64,000 bases of DNA from Takakia lepidozioides (taxonomy: Eukaryota > Plantae > Bryophyta): assembly GCA_030704615.1 (NCBI GenBank), contig CM060734.1, forward strand, positions 30,566,001 through 30,630,000. The letters are read 5' to 3'. Position numbers and translations under genes: made by a program. Every line of letters begins with the position of its first letter. The stretch's first letter is position 1. Positions 41,695 to 53,713 of the stretch are shown here, one piece after another. The notes beneath the pieces were generated by a model. That model ran no database searches. It saw only the letters and a program-made list of their open reading frames with translations, and was not told the origin of the DNA.

Positions 41695-42670
41695 TGCAAC
41701 TACCCTTTACATACAATCAGCAAATCCTAGAATGATAATTCAGCTATATGGCATCAAAGGTGTGGTCATGTCAATTTATCCAAGCTCAAGCTCATGCAGA
41801 CCCATCAAACTGTCCATGGCTTTGCTTCAACTCCCTTATATGAATTTCCATAATGTCAGGGTTGTATTCATGGCAAACAAAAACGACAGAAGTTTCTTAA
41901 GGAAGATAAACAAGACATCTGCCCTAATTTTATCTCTTATACACTCTGATATATGCAGGCCCATGCAAACACAATCAAGAGATCATGCCAAATATTTCAT
42001 CATGTATATTGATGATTACAGCAGGTACACCATTGTCAACCTCCTTAAGAAAAAATTGGAAGCTTTGCATATTCTTTCAAGACATATAAAGCACTGACAA
42101 AAAATCAAACTAATAAGCAAATCAAGATTTTACACTAACGGTGGTGAATATTTATCTGGTGAATTCAAAACATTTTGTGCTGAAAATGGAATTATTCATC
42201 TATATACAATTTCCTATACACCACAACAGAATGGTGTCGCTGAGAGGAAAAATTGTACGTTGGTTGAATCCACCAGATGTATGTTATACTTTGCTAATCT
42301 TCCTCTTACGTTATGGGCTGAAGCCCTTGAGAAGCCCTTACTACTGCCAATTATGTCCAAAATCGACTATTAACTAAGGCTGATTTTACTAGAACTCCTG
42401 TCGAGATCTGGACTGGTCTTTATAAGCCTTCTATATCTCATTTATGAATATTTGGATGCTATGTTTATGCCCATATTCCGAAAGAGCACAGAAAAAAATG
42501 GGATAATAAAACCCGTCAATGTCGCTTCTTGGGATATGGCGAATCTACCAAATGTTATTGGCTTTATGACATTGAAGCTAAGACAACCATTTTTAGTCGT
42601 GATGTAATTTTTCAGAAAAATTACAATTGTATGTTACAGCAGTGGTACATGAGGTTATCAACGACGCTAC

Positions 42671-42810
42671 CGCGTGAGCGTACGCTCACACAATGATGAC
42701 GTGGCGTGAGCCGACGCTCACACAGCTGACGTAGCGCTGATGTTGACGTGGCGTGAGCCTACACTCACACAGCTGACGTAGCGCTGATGCTGACGTGGCG
42801 TGAGCCTGGT
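42671..42810 (+). repeat. Subterminal tandem repeats (TGACGTGGCGTGAGCC...CTCACACAGCTGACGTAGCGCTGATG), about 48-bp unit
   Basis: About three copies; the motif recurs at about 51807-51840. Confidence 0.8.
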
Positions 42811-42923
42811 CCAAGTCATGCCATGTCACCACAAAGAAGGTGGGCCTATAACCGTGGGGCCCCCAACTGCTGATTTCACCACATGAAGGTGAAACGGATG
42901 AAGGGTTTCGGGCTTTCCTGGAG

Positions 42924-43202
42924 TTCAACCTTATGTTAACAGGAGCTTCATTTCCTAGAACTGAAATGAACGTTGTGTTAACACGAGTTGTTTTCCTGGA
43001 GCTAAAATCAACATCGTGTCAAAACGAGGTTGATTCGGAGAACTTCATATCAACATCGTATTAACACGAGGTTGATATGAAGTTCTCCGAATCAACCTCG
43101 TGTTGACACAATGTTGTTTTCTTAGAACTAAAATCAACCTTGTGTCAGCACAAGGGGGATTTGGAAAACTCCAAGTAAACCTCGTGTTAACACGAGGTTG
43201 AT
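42924..43202. repeat. Seven copies of the 28-bp palindrome ATCAACCTCGTGTTAACACGAGGTTGAT at a 42-bp period
   Basis: Starts at about 42924, 42966, 43007, 43049, 43091, 43133, 43175. Confidence 0.9.
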
Positions 43203-43403
43203 TTGATCATCTGTCTATCTGAAGGTAGTTTCTTGTGCTTGCTAATGAAAACAGAATGACAAACCAATGCGACAAATGCATTGACCCACGCATAGCAAAG
43301 ATATTAGACGACATACATTGAGAGACACTGGACTTGAACAGTCATTCCATTACAAGTTGTAGTCAAGGAAAACACAGATTTCGGAGTGTCAAGTGCATGC
43401 TTT

Positions 43404-45156
43404 CTATGGGCTTGTATCCCGCTGTAGAAGTATGTTGACTTCGTTGAAACTCATAGTGGCTTGGTGAATGAAGAAGTCCCGCTTTGGATCACAAACCATC
43501 CTTCTCAAGAAAACGAAGTAAAGGTGTTTGCACGGTATGAATTTCCCTCTCTTTCCCAAACTACTTGAAAGCATACCAACAAAATCAGGACAGGTACAAT
43601 TGGGAAAATTGGAAACAGTGATGTCGTACGTCTTGTCCTGCAGCGCAGATGCGGATGAGATCATGGTGAAGACCCGACCATACCCTGGATCGGGCACTTC
43701 CATTGTTCCCGCAACACGAGCATGAAGCATTCTCGTGGACTCGATTTTGCCGTAGTGTTCTGCGGTTGGAGGGAATCGTCGAACCAGCTTCCCATTCCGT
43801 CTGGTTGGCCACAAGTGAGCGTCAGGCGGAGGTACCCGTGAACCGCTTGTACTTGAAGCACCTTCACGTGTAATGGAATGTCTGGCTAGGGAGAAACCCT
43901 CCTCTTCCAGCATTGCGATCTCTTGGTGAGTGAGACTTGTGCCCATCTTCACAGGCCACACAGTTGGTGGAGTAGACTTCCTCACTACGGAGGGCCTCAC
44001 TGTCCCACGCACACATCTCCCACAATCATCAGCGCAAAACCAGAACTTGTGGTTCTTTGCCTCTCCTTGGCCGTAAGGGAGAAACAAACCAGTGAATGTA
44101 TGAGCTGCAATGCGTTCTTTCCCTCTGGATATTAATGATGTACATTTTTCATTATTGGTGGCCCTGATCGCCGCACATTTCACACGCGATCTAGCACTTG
44201 TGCGTTCTATATGCCAAACCTCATCCAAGCACATGGACTCTATTACATGCGGCACCACGTTCTGGTCTTCAACCATTGCAGTGACAGTGTTTGATACAGG
44301 GGTTTGGTCTGACACCATCCCATTTGCTTTGGTTTTGCACACCCGACAATGCCAAGTGTCTGCATTTCATGTTCTCGCATTTCAGGTGCCCATTACAGAC
44401 TGTTCGCCTGAATATGAGGTTGTTGTGGTTATGAATATTGGAGGTTTTTGTGCGGCACCAAGGGTGCCCATCGTGCTTTTTGTCCATTCCTTCCATGAGA
44501 CTGGAAATGCCCCCCACACGACCAGGAGGAGGCAGCTCGAAAACAGTATTACCATCAAAAGATTCCGGCAAGAATGCCACCTTCTGGACATTGAAAGTGC
44601 TCCAGTCAATCCCCCTCAACTCACTCTTGAATCCTGCCATCCCACCCATGGCTTTCAGTTTAGGAATGACACTGGTGATCTCCTCCACATTTGCTTCCTG
44701 ATGTGGACATGGCTGATCCACGGGCGGTATGTCACAGGCGTCATCGGAGGATGAGTCCGAAAGGTCAACTACAGTGTTAACGGTACTTGACTCCTTCTTG
44801 ACAACCACGGGTGTTTTCTCTTGGGCCACTGATGCTGTCGTGCCAGGAGTAACAAACGATCCTGCAGACTGTCTCCGAGGAGCACTGAGCACCCTGTATC
44901 TGCCTGGAGTCACTCTCCATTGTGTGGTTGGTGCAGTATGCGAAGGTTTCTGGAACGCGTACTTGAGCAGTTTTCCATTGGCATTGTACACTTCCCTTTC
45001 AAGGAATAAAGTTCCATTTTTCAACCGAAACTGCGTTGCGAGCACGTGTTCACGCACCACCGCAAAACTGTCATCTTCCACCTCATAAGAAAAGGGGACA
45101 GGGTGGTCCTCACTGAAGAAGTCCGCGTCAAGGGAGCTCATGGGCTGGGAGGCCAT
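43404..45156 (-). pseudogene. GCM-type zinc finger (N-half) plus SWIM zinc finger protein; probable internally deleted Mutator-like transposase
   Basis: ORF 44269..45156: MDKKHDGHPWCRTKTSNIHNHNNLIFRRTVCNGHLKC..KC. ORF 43404..44342, in another frame: YDITVSNFPNCTCPDF...IPCKHLYFV (SWIM CxC-xn-CxH). No DDE core is visible between them. Confidence 0.72.
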
Positions 45157-45875
45157 CTATCAATGTTGCTTCAAAATGCACAGTTCAGAGTCCGACGTTG
45201 CTTCTAATTGCAGATTGTACTAGAGCGGAGTTTTTTGGCTGTATAGAAGACGTCCTTACACACAATTGCAGGTGTCGCTCCCGCATGCAGGTCTCCTAAT
45301 GCAGTTCGGCACATCATAGAAATGTGTCCCCATGCGAACCAAGTGGATGGTTGCAGAGTGCCCAAATGCGGAGTGGATAATGTCAGCCCTAAACAAAGAA
45401 TCCAATTGTTTTCTCACAGGTGCCCCACCAGTGCATTGGACAACCAACTCAGCAAGATTGACTGACAGAGCCGCCATTTGCCTGTCATGTCAGAGATTCC
45501 AGATGAGATGCCCATTTCCATTCAATTTTAACGGCACCTGCACCGCTGTACAACTGTACATACTTCACATTCCTCTGAAACATCCCAAAAGCTATTACTC
45601 AACAACGAACTTTTTCGGATGAGAGGTGGACCCGAATGAATTTCGGTGGATGAGAAAAAAATGATTTCCGGATATATTCATAACGGTTAGATGGACACGT
45701 GTTTGCCATGCATGTGGAATGAGCTTGTGGCGCACAGGTCGTTCCGAGCGATCATCTTGGCATGGAAGGCCTTGTGGTGAACCCACCGTAGCCCATTTTT
45801 TTCCTTCTTCTCCTTATTGTCCTTGCAACCCTGGATTCTTTAGAGACGGTGACCACATCCCAAGGGAGAAGAAAA

Positions 45876-48800
45876 TGTCGAAGAACACTTTACTTCACAT
45901 CAAACAAGGAAAGGGTACGCGCTAAGGAGAGGATGAGGAAGGCGAGACAGGAACTTAGAATGGGAGAAGAAACCTCCGGCGGAAATGAGGACGAACTCCA
46001 AAACCCGATTCTGCAACCACTGTTTGGAGAGGAAGGTCTTGAAGTGATCCCGGAGGCGACCGAAGAGCAACCTCCAATAGAAGGGGGGGGGAGGACAAGG
46101 AAGTCAGCTGGGCTCGAGAGGAAGCACTGCGAGTGGAGAACCAGGTCTTGAGAGAGCAGGGAGAAGAGATGGACACAGAAACCATGCCGTCTGCAGTTGT
46201 TTTGCACCATCGGGACCTCCTTGGCAGCATGCTGCCTCCAGACCTCATGGAAAAGTTGAATGCCTCAGGAGCATCATCAAGTGTAAAGAAGAAACCGGAG
46301 GTGACTATCAACCCTCTTTTTCCCTTTTTTGTTTTTGTCTGTTCCATGCTAATCAGAGAGGTCGATATCAACCTTGCGTCAACGCAAGGTTGATGTCGAC
46401 CTCCAAAGTGTATGTTCTAGGCATGAAACGAATGCAGATGCTGCACTCGAATCAACCTTGCATTGACGCGAGGTTGATTCATGTGCCTTTTTTGTTCATT
46501 CCCACCAACCCTAAACGTCTGGCAGCCATGGAACTGTTGAATGCTCCCGGTGCATCATCAAGTGCCAAGAAGAAACCATAAGTTGCAATGTGCTTTTCCA
46601 TCTGATTTTTTTGTTTGTTGAACACCAATCTGAGAGCTCGACATCAACCTTGCATCAACGCAAGGTTGATGTCGACCTCCAAAGTGTATGTTTATGAAGG
46701 TGACATGAAGCAGATTCAGCACTCGAATCAACCTTGCGTTGACGCGAGGCTGATTTGGATGCCACTGCCAGCATCCGAAGTCTCGCACCAGGAACCACAA
46801 AGTAGGGAAAGTCGATTATCTGAAGCCCCCAAAAGAACCCTGCGTCAACGCAAAGCATTTAGTGGGTTCAATGGACTGTTGCGGTATGCATTTCAGACTA
46901 AGCTACATCCCCATCAATCAACCTTGCGTCAATGCAAGGTTGATCCATGGGAGCTCTATCTGTCACTCACAAGGATATTCATTATCTGCAGAGGAAAAGA
47001 AAAAGGAAATCCGTGGGGGGAGATGCGGCAGTGGCAGAAGGTGATGGTGAGGAAGAGTCATTTGAGGGACACTATGAAGACAAGGCCGAGGAGGTTATGG
47101 GTGGGCAGAAAGTGAACTCCTCGAAGGTGATTCTGTCGATGGAGGTTCCTGGCGGAAATCTGGTTATCCCACTATGCAGGATGATCTCCATGCCCGCGGT
47201 TCGACCCGCATTGAGGAACGACATCACGAAGTTGAAGAACGATTTTGTTCACGGCTATGTCAAGGGATCTGTAGTGTTCTATGTATCCACTGTGAACACA
47301 AAATGAGAGGAGTGTCTTGTAACAGAGGACATAGAGCAAAGTTGGGATGCATGCTGGCGGGATGTAAACAGGGAGTTCGAGTTCAAGCTGCCCAAAAAGG
47401 CCTCCACAAAAGCGTTTATGGGAAAGATGTTTTTTGTCTGGGATGGAAACCATAGACTGCTTGCCTGGATGGATTACATTTCAAGCTTACACTCAGATGA
47501 GATCGAATGACACTAGAGCGTGGTTTCCATGGTACTCGACCACAAAGGACGTGTCACGCAGCTCCTGCCAGCCATGCACGACATAAACAAGTAAGTTCCC
47601 AACGTTGTTCCCGTTCCAATCTGCGTTTACACAATTAGAAATCATCTTATGAGTTGAAGGTTTTTCCAGGTCCAATGAAACCTCCCATGTGACGACAAAT
47701 CTCTGCCACACTCTATTCCGTATCCAGAAGATAGGGCTGATGCCACTGGAGTCATTCACGAACGTGCTCAATCCTCAGCAGATGAAGAGGTGTACTGAAA
47801 AGAAGACAAGCACGTGGTACAGCCTGACAAGGGAGGCTTTTCTTGACTACATATACACGGTAAGCTTCTTGACATCTGTTTGACTGTTGTTACTGTAAAT
47901 TTTATCAAGAAACGGCAGTGTTTGATTCATTCTCCCTGTAATGTATGCAGCAAGAAATAGCAGAAACTGGTTTGAAGGCGAAAGCAGAGTACTATGCTTC
48001 CCACACAGAAGAGCAGAGGTCTGCAAATGGCTGACATTATGAAATTTGAGATGAACAATCAAAGGAAGAACCTCATGAGTGCGTTCGACAAACAAATTCG
48101 CATAGCAGATCCAAGTCTTGGCACGGAATTTTTGGAACAGGTGAAAGCACATTATGACAAGTATGGCTCCAAGCCAGAGATGACCCAAGAGAAACTGCAT
48201 CGCCTTTCCATTTCAATGGTGGACAATGCAACCAAAATCAGGTGGTTGGAGATCTGGAATTCCGATCCACTTGTGAGAGACACCAACATGTTCCCATCTC
48301 CTGAGAGGGACTCGAAGACACAAGCAATAAAAGTATTAGCGACCACACATTCGACCAGTGGCTACACAAAGCAACATTCTGGAGCCAGGTAAGGTTTCCA
48401 CAAAACCATTTTCAAATGCTTGTGCTGCTCCGTCCTCTCTCCCAAATTCTTATGATATTTCTTGCTGCAGTTGGAAAAACAAGCGGTGGTTGCACTTGGG
48501 GAGTCAATGGCAGACTACAAAATCCAGATGGCTTGCCCCCGGATCACACTGGAGGCCTATATCAAGAGATGGAAGCTCGTTGTCTGGAACAATTGTTTCT
48601 TCAGGGATTTTGAGAGAGACAAAAGAATCTCTAGATCCTACGAATTCAAAAACCAGTACAACAGCGAGCAAGCAATGAAACGAGTGTTGTACAGGTGTGA
48701 CCTCCAAGAAACAAATTTGGTACTTGAAGTGTATGTTTATGTATTCTTGTGTCGTTTTTTCCATGTGGAATTGCGAATTTGAAGGTTTTGAGAGAGCTCT

Positions 48801-51414
48801 CAGGGCTCTGGACGTGCAGCCGAGCAACATTGCGTTAACGCAAGCTTGTATCCCGTTGTTTTGGTTTCACTTTCCTGTGAGGGGTATCTAATGATGTCGT
48901 TTTTCTGCATGTGAAAGGACAAAAACTGACAGGCAAATCAACCTTGCGTCAACGCAAGGTTGATGAAGGGCCAGGCTATGTAGGTTTTCTTGTGTTCTTG
49001 GGCTGTTGTTTGCTGTCGTTTCCAGTTCCAATGCTGCCAGGATGAGCATAAAGTCTGTTTGGAGTCTATTTGAAATGTTGTTTAGAGCTTACACTGTACC
49101 AACAAACAGCCTTGCGTTGATGCAACATTGTTTGACGGTATGGATTGCTAGAAATGTCCCGCAGAAATACCCCGATTTCCATACAATTGTAGGAAAGCCC
49201 TTTTCGTGATGTGTGATCTGTGTCCTGATCAGATCGATTGACTATCTGGATTTTGGGTGTGTGTGTCATTCAGGTACATGTATCATGTCCTCATACCGGG
49301 AAAGTACCTTAGCGATGACCCAAACTTTATCTACTCATGGGCTGACCCCTCCAATGACAAGACAATATACATGGCTGGTATTGCTAGAGACTGGAGCACG
49401 GCGCACTTCAGAGACTGTGGGTGGTACCTCAATCTGCCAAAACAGGACATACCATTCGATGAAGTTGTTTTGAGAAACCTTAACAACAACGCTACGGCAC
49501 TTGCCCCACTGGCTAACAAAGACATTCAGGACAGAATCATTGCTGCTCTGGCTACAAAAGAGCCTGAGAAATCTGCTACTCCAAAACGGAAGGGGAAGAT
49601 TGCCGGGGATCCGAAGGGGAAGGGGAAGAGTGCAGCTCCGCAAGAATAGGGCCCGTCAGAGGTCGCTGAAAGTCAGCCTTCTCCAACTAGGAGGGATAGG
49701 AGAACAGCAAAGTCGAGGGAGCAGCCTTTCGATGCGAGAGAACATCCGTCCAGGGTTTTGGGCCAGTTCCATCGTAAGGTGGTGAATGAAAGTTTTCTGG
49801 CAATGATGGAATCCAGGAAGTCCACATTCAAAGGGGTGCCCTCGAAATCATGGGACATGCTTGTTTCGTTCCTCACTCAGGTAAGCACATATGTCTTAAC
49901 TGTTGTGTGAATAATTTTGTTTTGGCAACTTGTTATGGCTTGTCGAGGGGATTGATTTCATGTTGGATCTGGATTGGGCTTGTGACACTGTCTCCTGTTT
50001 TTGGCTATAGGTCACAAAAGGCCGGATTGGGTGAATGGAGTTCAGCAGGCATACGCGGCTGACCTTGTGGTGCTGGAAATTCCTGACAGTTTCCCTGTCC
50101 CTGATGTGTTGCCTTCCAATTCAACCCCCACTTGGAACAAATCGGATTCTCGTTACTGGCAGTGGGCTTTCTCATTTAGCAACAAATTCCTTTATGACTC
50201 GGGGGCTCTTCTTCTCATGCAGTCAAAGGACATGTCGGCACGGAGAACTCTTTTCAGCTACATGAAAGCTTCCGGGTTTCGTGTCATCAAAACTTGGACA
50301 TGCATCAGCACTCTGCCTCTTACGAAGGGCGAGTTCCCGGGGCAGAAAGTGAGTTGGTTCCTTTGAAATAAAGTTTCGTGGTTCTTCAGTAAATGTCAAA
50401 AGTTGGTTCGTGTCTTTTGCCTCATGCTCTCTTCGTGATTATTGACAGACTCAGGTGTTCGAAGCTTTGTGCCTGGTGAGGGTGCGTAAGGACACTCTTC
50501 CTCCTAGTATTGCTGAGTTCATGTTGAGGGATCTTGCAGCTCACATTGACCCCACCTGCGAGCCTGTGGAGGATGATGTAATCTTCAATTACGTGGACTC
50601 GGGTCGAACTACGAAAAGGTCGACTAGTGTCCCTTGGAGAGGTGCACGGGATAAATCCCCAGCTTTTATGCAGACTTTGGTGGAGACATGCAGCCGTCAC
50701 GGTGGACGAGTGGTTGACTTGTCTATGGGAACAGGTGGGGCCCTGAACACTATGTTTGAAATGTGGGTAGTGAGCTTAGGGAAGCCCTGTTTTGATTTCT
50801 CGTTCATCTTCGATTTGCAGGAGCATCTTTTCATGCATGCAAAAGTGCCGGAAGGCACTTCTTCGGCATGGAGGCTGATACGGAGCTCTTCTCAAGCGAG
50901 CTTCATCAGCTTGAGTCGGGCACTACTTCTGCCCCATCCATAGAGGGACTTCTTGAGGAGCCCGAAGCACCTGACAAGGATCTCGACGTGGACTCCGATT
51001 TTGAGTGTGAGTAAGTTCGGCTCTAGTCATGCAAAATATGTTGCATTTCCTTGTGTCATTCCCGTTCGACAGATGGTTGTTTACATTGTCTATTTCTGGA
51101 TGATAACATCTATCACCATTCCTCTTCTTGCTTTCCAGAGTTCGGCACTAGTCATCGAATACGCAGACACCTTTCGGTTTCCAAGGATACTACATGTCCC
51201 CGAGTCCCCCTAGAGCTTACCGCTTGCCGGTTTACGCGGAAGCTTGCGCACGGGTGTTGTCCCAACAAACAATGTATTCGCCTCTCCATGGGGGTCGTGG
51301 AAAAAAAAACGTCACGGATGGGCTGCTGTGTTCATAGATGATATTGCTGCAGACTCTGAAAGTAGTTCCTTTGAAACCTCCAATAGTTCTCGAGGTTCAA
51401 GTACCGAGACTTAA
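45876..51414 (+). pseudogene. Multi-exon ParB-like domain plus beta-class N6A/N4C DNA-methyltransferase-like fusion gene (several stops)
   Basis: IPLCRM...VRP...FFVWDGNHRLLAW (ParB/Srx-type DGxHR, about 47439-47460); later ADLVVLEIPD...W...L.DSG..., then KSPAFMQTLVETCSRHGGRVVDLSMGTG|ASFHACKSAGRHFFGMEAD (motifs X/I/II of N6_N4_Mtase). GT-AG introns; 5' end uncertain. Confidence 0.75.
46367..48964. repeat. Dispersed intronic palindromes ATCAACCTTGCGTCAACGCAAGGTTGAT
   Basis: Copies at about 46367, 46451, 46643, 46727, 46917, 48937, with degenerate copies at about 46835, 48825 and 49105. Confidence 0.85.
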
Positions 51415-51860
51415 TAAAATGTGTTTTGGTTTTGCTTCCATCCCCAAACTGTTTTTCAAGTTCTTTTCGCGTTCCCGTAAGTACAGTTAGGGATTGCTTG
51501 GGGTAGGTCTTCAGATTCCGGCATTGAAAAATGTTTGTGGGTTGGAAGGAATGAACTACTTTGCAAAAGAAGGGGCTTGCTGTTAATATTCAATTCTCTA
51601 GTAGGCGATCTCCTCATTCAAAAATTATGTCCTCGATCCTAAACCATCCACAAACCTACCATTGTTCTCGGTCGGAAAGAATATTCATGTGGGGGCGATG
51701 AAGAAGGATCAAAAAATAAGGACATAGGCGACAACCGATCCGCGGTAATAGGGGGGGGGGGGGGGGGGGGGAGCACGGAATTAGGGCCTGCACACGTGGA
51801 TGATTGCTGACGTGGCGTGAGCCTAGCCAGGCTCACGCGCAAGCATTCCCCATGAGGTTA

Positions 51861-53713
51861 CGCTCGCTTACTCACTAGCTTTTGGTCACCGACGGGCTTG
51901 CACCGTTCTCGGGGTTACTACTCCCTATATATACTTCTGTCGCCTTCTGTCCGCCATAAGCCGCTCCACCCGCTTTTCCTTTCGAAGCACCGGGTGCCGC
52001 CTTGACTTGTGAAGGCCCTCCCTTTGATTTCCACGTGCCATTGTCGCCGCGTGGCCTATCCCACTTTTTTTCCGGTCGGAAGGAGTCACCTTCCCGCCGG
52101 GTCTTCTTGTGGTTCAGCTCCGTACGGCCTTGTCTTTCACCCTTAGGGACATCCGAGAAACATTCAGCCCTCTCAATTGCCTCGTTCAAAGTCTTAGGTG
52201 GCTTCTCCTCCAACTTCCGCCTGGCCCATGGGGCCAGTCCCGCCACAAAGTTGAAGACCATTTCTGGTTCTGCCATGTCCGCGACTTCGAGCAACATCAC
52301 ATTGAAAGGGACATATCCCCGAATGTCATCTGTTTGCTTCAAATTCCTCATCTTGTCCCGGGCGAGCCAGGACGCGTTGAGGGGCACAAACTGCCTCTTC
52401 ATCAATTCCTTGAACCCACTCCAGTTCAAGGTTTCCGGGCTTGGACCTCGGTGAAGGCATTTCTGCCACCATTGTTGAGCATAGCCCCTCAAATAGGTGG
52501 GAGCCACTTCCACCCGATCCTCGTCACTCAACTTGGCCGCTCGGAAGTACTGCTCCAGCTCCAAGAGCCAGGTGTTGAGTGCCTTCCGATTTCGGACGCC
52601 CTCGAAGGTGCCGGGTTCCTTCGGCTTCACCTTAAACTTTGCCTTAGTGGAAGTGGTATTAGCCGCCTTCAACACGTCTTTCAACGTCCCGCCAAATTGC
52701 GCCAACAACCCTTCCCAAAAGGCTGCCGGCATGGGAGGCATCTGTTGGTCGGTCGGAGCTCTCAAGGATTCCTCAGGCTCCGACTCCTCAGATTCCTCCT
52801 GCTCTTGAGCGGCCTCGTTTTCGGAAACATGCATCGCTTCCTCAAACGGCCACCTCGGTGACACGTCGCCCCCATCGGGCTCACCAGGATCATCATCTTT
52901 TGGGCCGTTCCGCTTTCGCTTTGGCTTGCCCGACCCCATGATGAGGCCAATCCCAAGGACGATCGCGTACTGAACTCTAAGCTCTGATACCAAGTGTCGC
53001 GCACCTCACTTCGGTAAGCTCCCCCCTCAAGTCATAGTTACTCGCTTGATGCGCGCGCCTAACTCCCAACCTGGCCGCCGGGCCAACTTGGAGCTTCGGC
53101 TGCTCACCGGGACATAACGGTCCCCCCCTGATCTCCCAAAGAACCCTCCAACGATTTAGAACCAGCGGAATTTCCTTTGGTAGTTGGCAGTCCGGAACAG
53201 CTCCCCACTCTTTGGTCGCTTTCCGGCTCGCTCGCTTAGCTTTTGGTCACCAACAGGCTTGCACCGTTCTCGGGGTTACTACTCCCTATATATACTTCTG
53301 TAACTGTCCGCGGGGGTTTCACAATCAACCATGCCATTTTATGGCGAACCACCACGAACACCCTCGACTCCCGGTGATGAGTCGCGGTGAGTCTTGGCCC
53401 ACTCACCACGGCCCCTATGGACCGTGATGAGTCCCAAGACTCCCCACGACTCCCCACCATGAGGTCTCCGCCCCAGGGTGAGTCCTATGCCACCCCCACT
53501 AAGTCCTGCTAAGCTACCACCACCCCTTGTGGAGCCACCCCCACCGCAACCCGGTGTGCGGGGCTCCACCTAGTGAGCGCCTCCGCCTCCTTGAGTGCTT
53601 TGGGCACTCAAGGGTTCTTCATCCCCCCATACCTATCGCTGCCACTGCCCCCACCACAGGGGCAGCCCCTCTTGTGTCCCGACCCCCTGCCCTCAAGGCA
53701 AAGGGCCGCGACA
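51861..53713 (-). mobile_element. Internally deleted Gypsy family A element: 5' LTR (52995-53713), PBS, gag, fused to a short LTR fragment
   Basis: Minus-strand PBS TGGTATCAGAGC at about 52981-52992; gag ORF (MGSGKPKRK..., WLLELEQYF, YLRGYAQQWW, LKQTDDIRGY, FVAGL); joins LTR sequence at a CTTCTGT microhomology near 51935. Confidence 0.9.

Larger units (their letters stand above)
39242..42630 (+). mobile_element. Ty1/Copia element, 5' half (LTR, PBS, gag, zinc knuckle, protease, integrase), decayed and 3'-truncated
   Basis: LTR TGTCAG...CTAACA 39242-39442, then TGGTATCAGAGC; gag IEKLDGHNFSTWNIKM; CNYCKKYNH..C; LIHSDIC...YIDDYSRYT; PQQNGVAERK; SRDVIF. Confidence 0.9.
42658..51850. mobile_element. 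Putative non-TIR Mutator-like element of about 9.2 kb with divergent GCM-SWIM and ParB-methyltransferase genes and palindrome arrays
   Basis: Flanked by direct repeat CATGAGGTTA (42648-42657, 51851-51860); both ends share GCTGACGTGGCGTGAGCCT; see internal gene and array features. Confidence 0.6.

Noticed and set aside
45876-51414. Bacterial or phage contamination as source of the ParB/MTase gene
   Set aside because: The gene has GT-AG introns shared with a paralog in the window and is embedded among plant retroelements.
52109-52861. 250-aa plus-strand ORF (also 44110..44754 and 23828..24325)
   Set aside because: Antisense shadows of real minus-strand coding regions (gag, GCM gene, NAL1).
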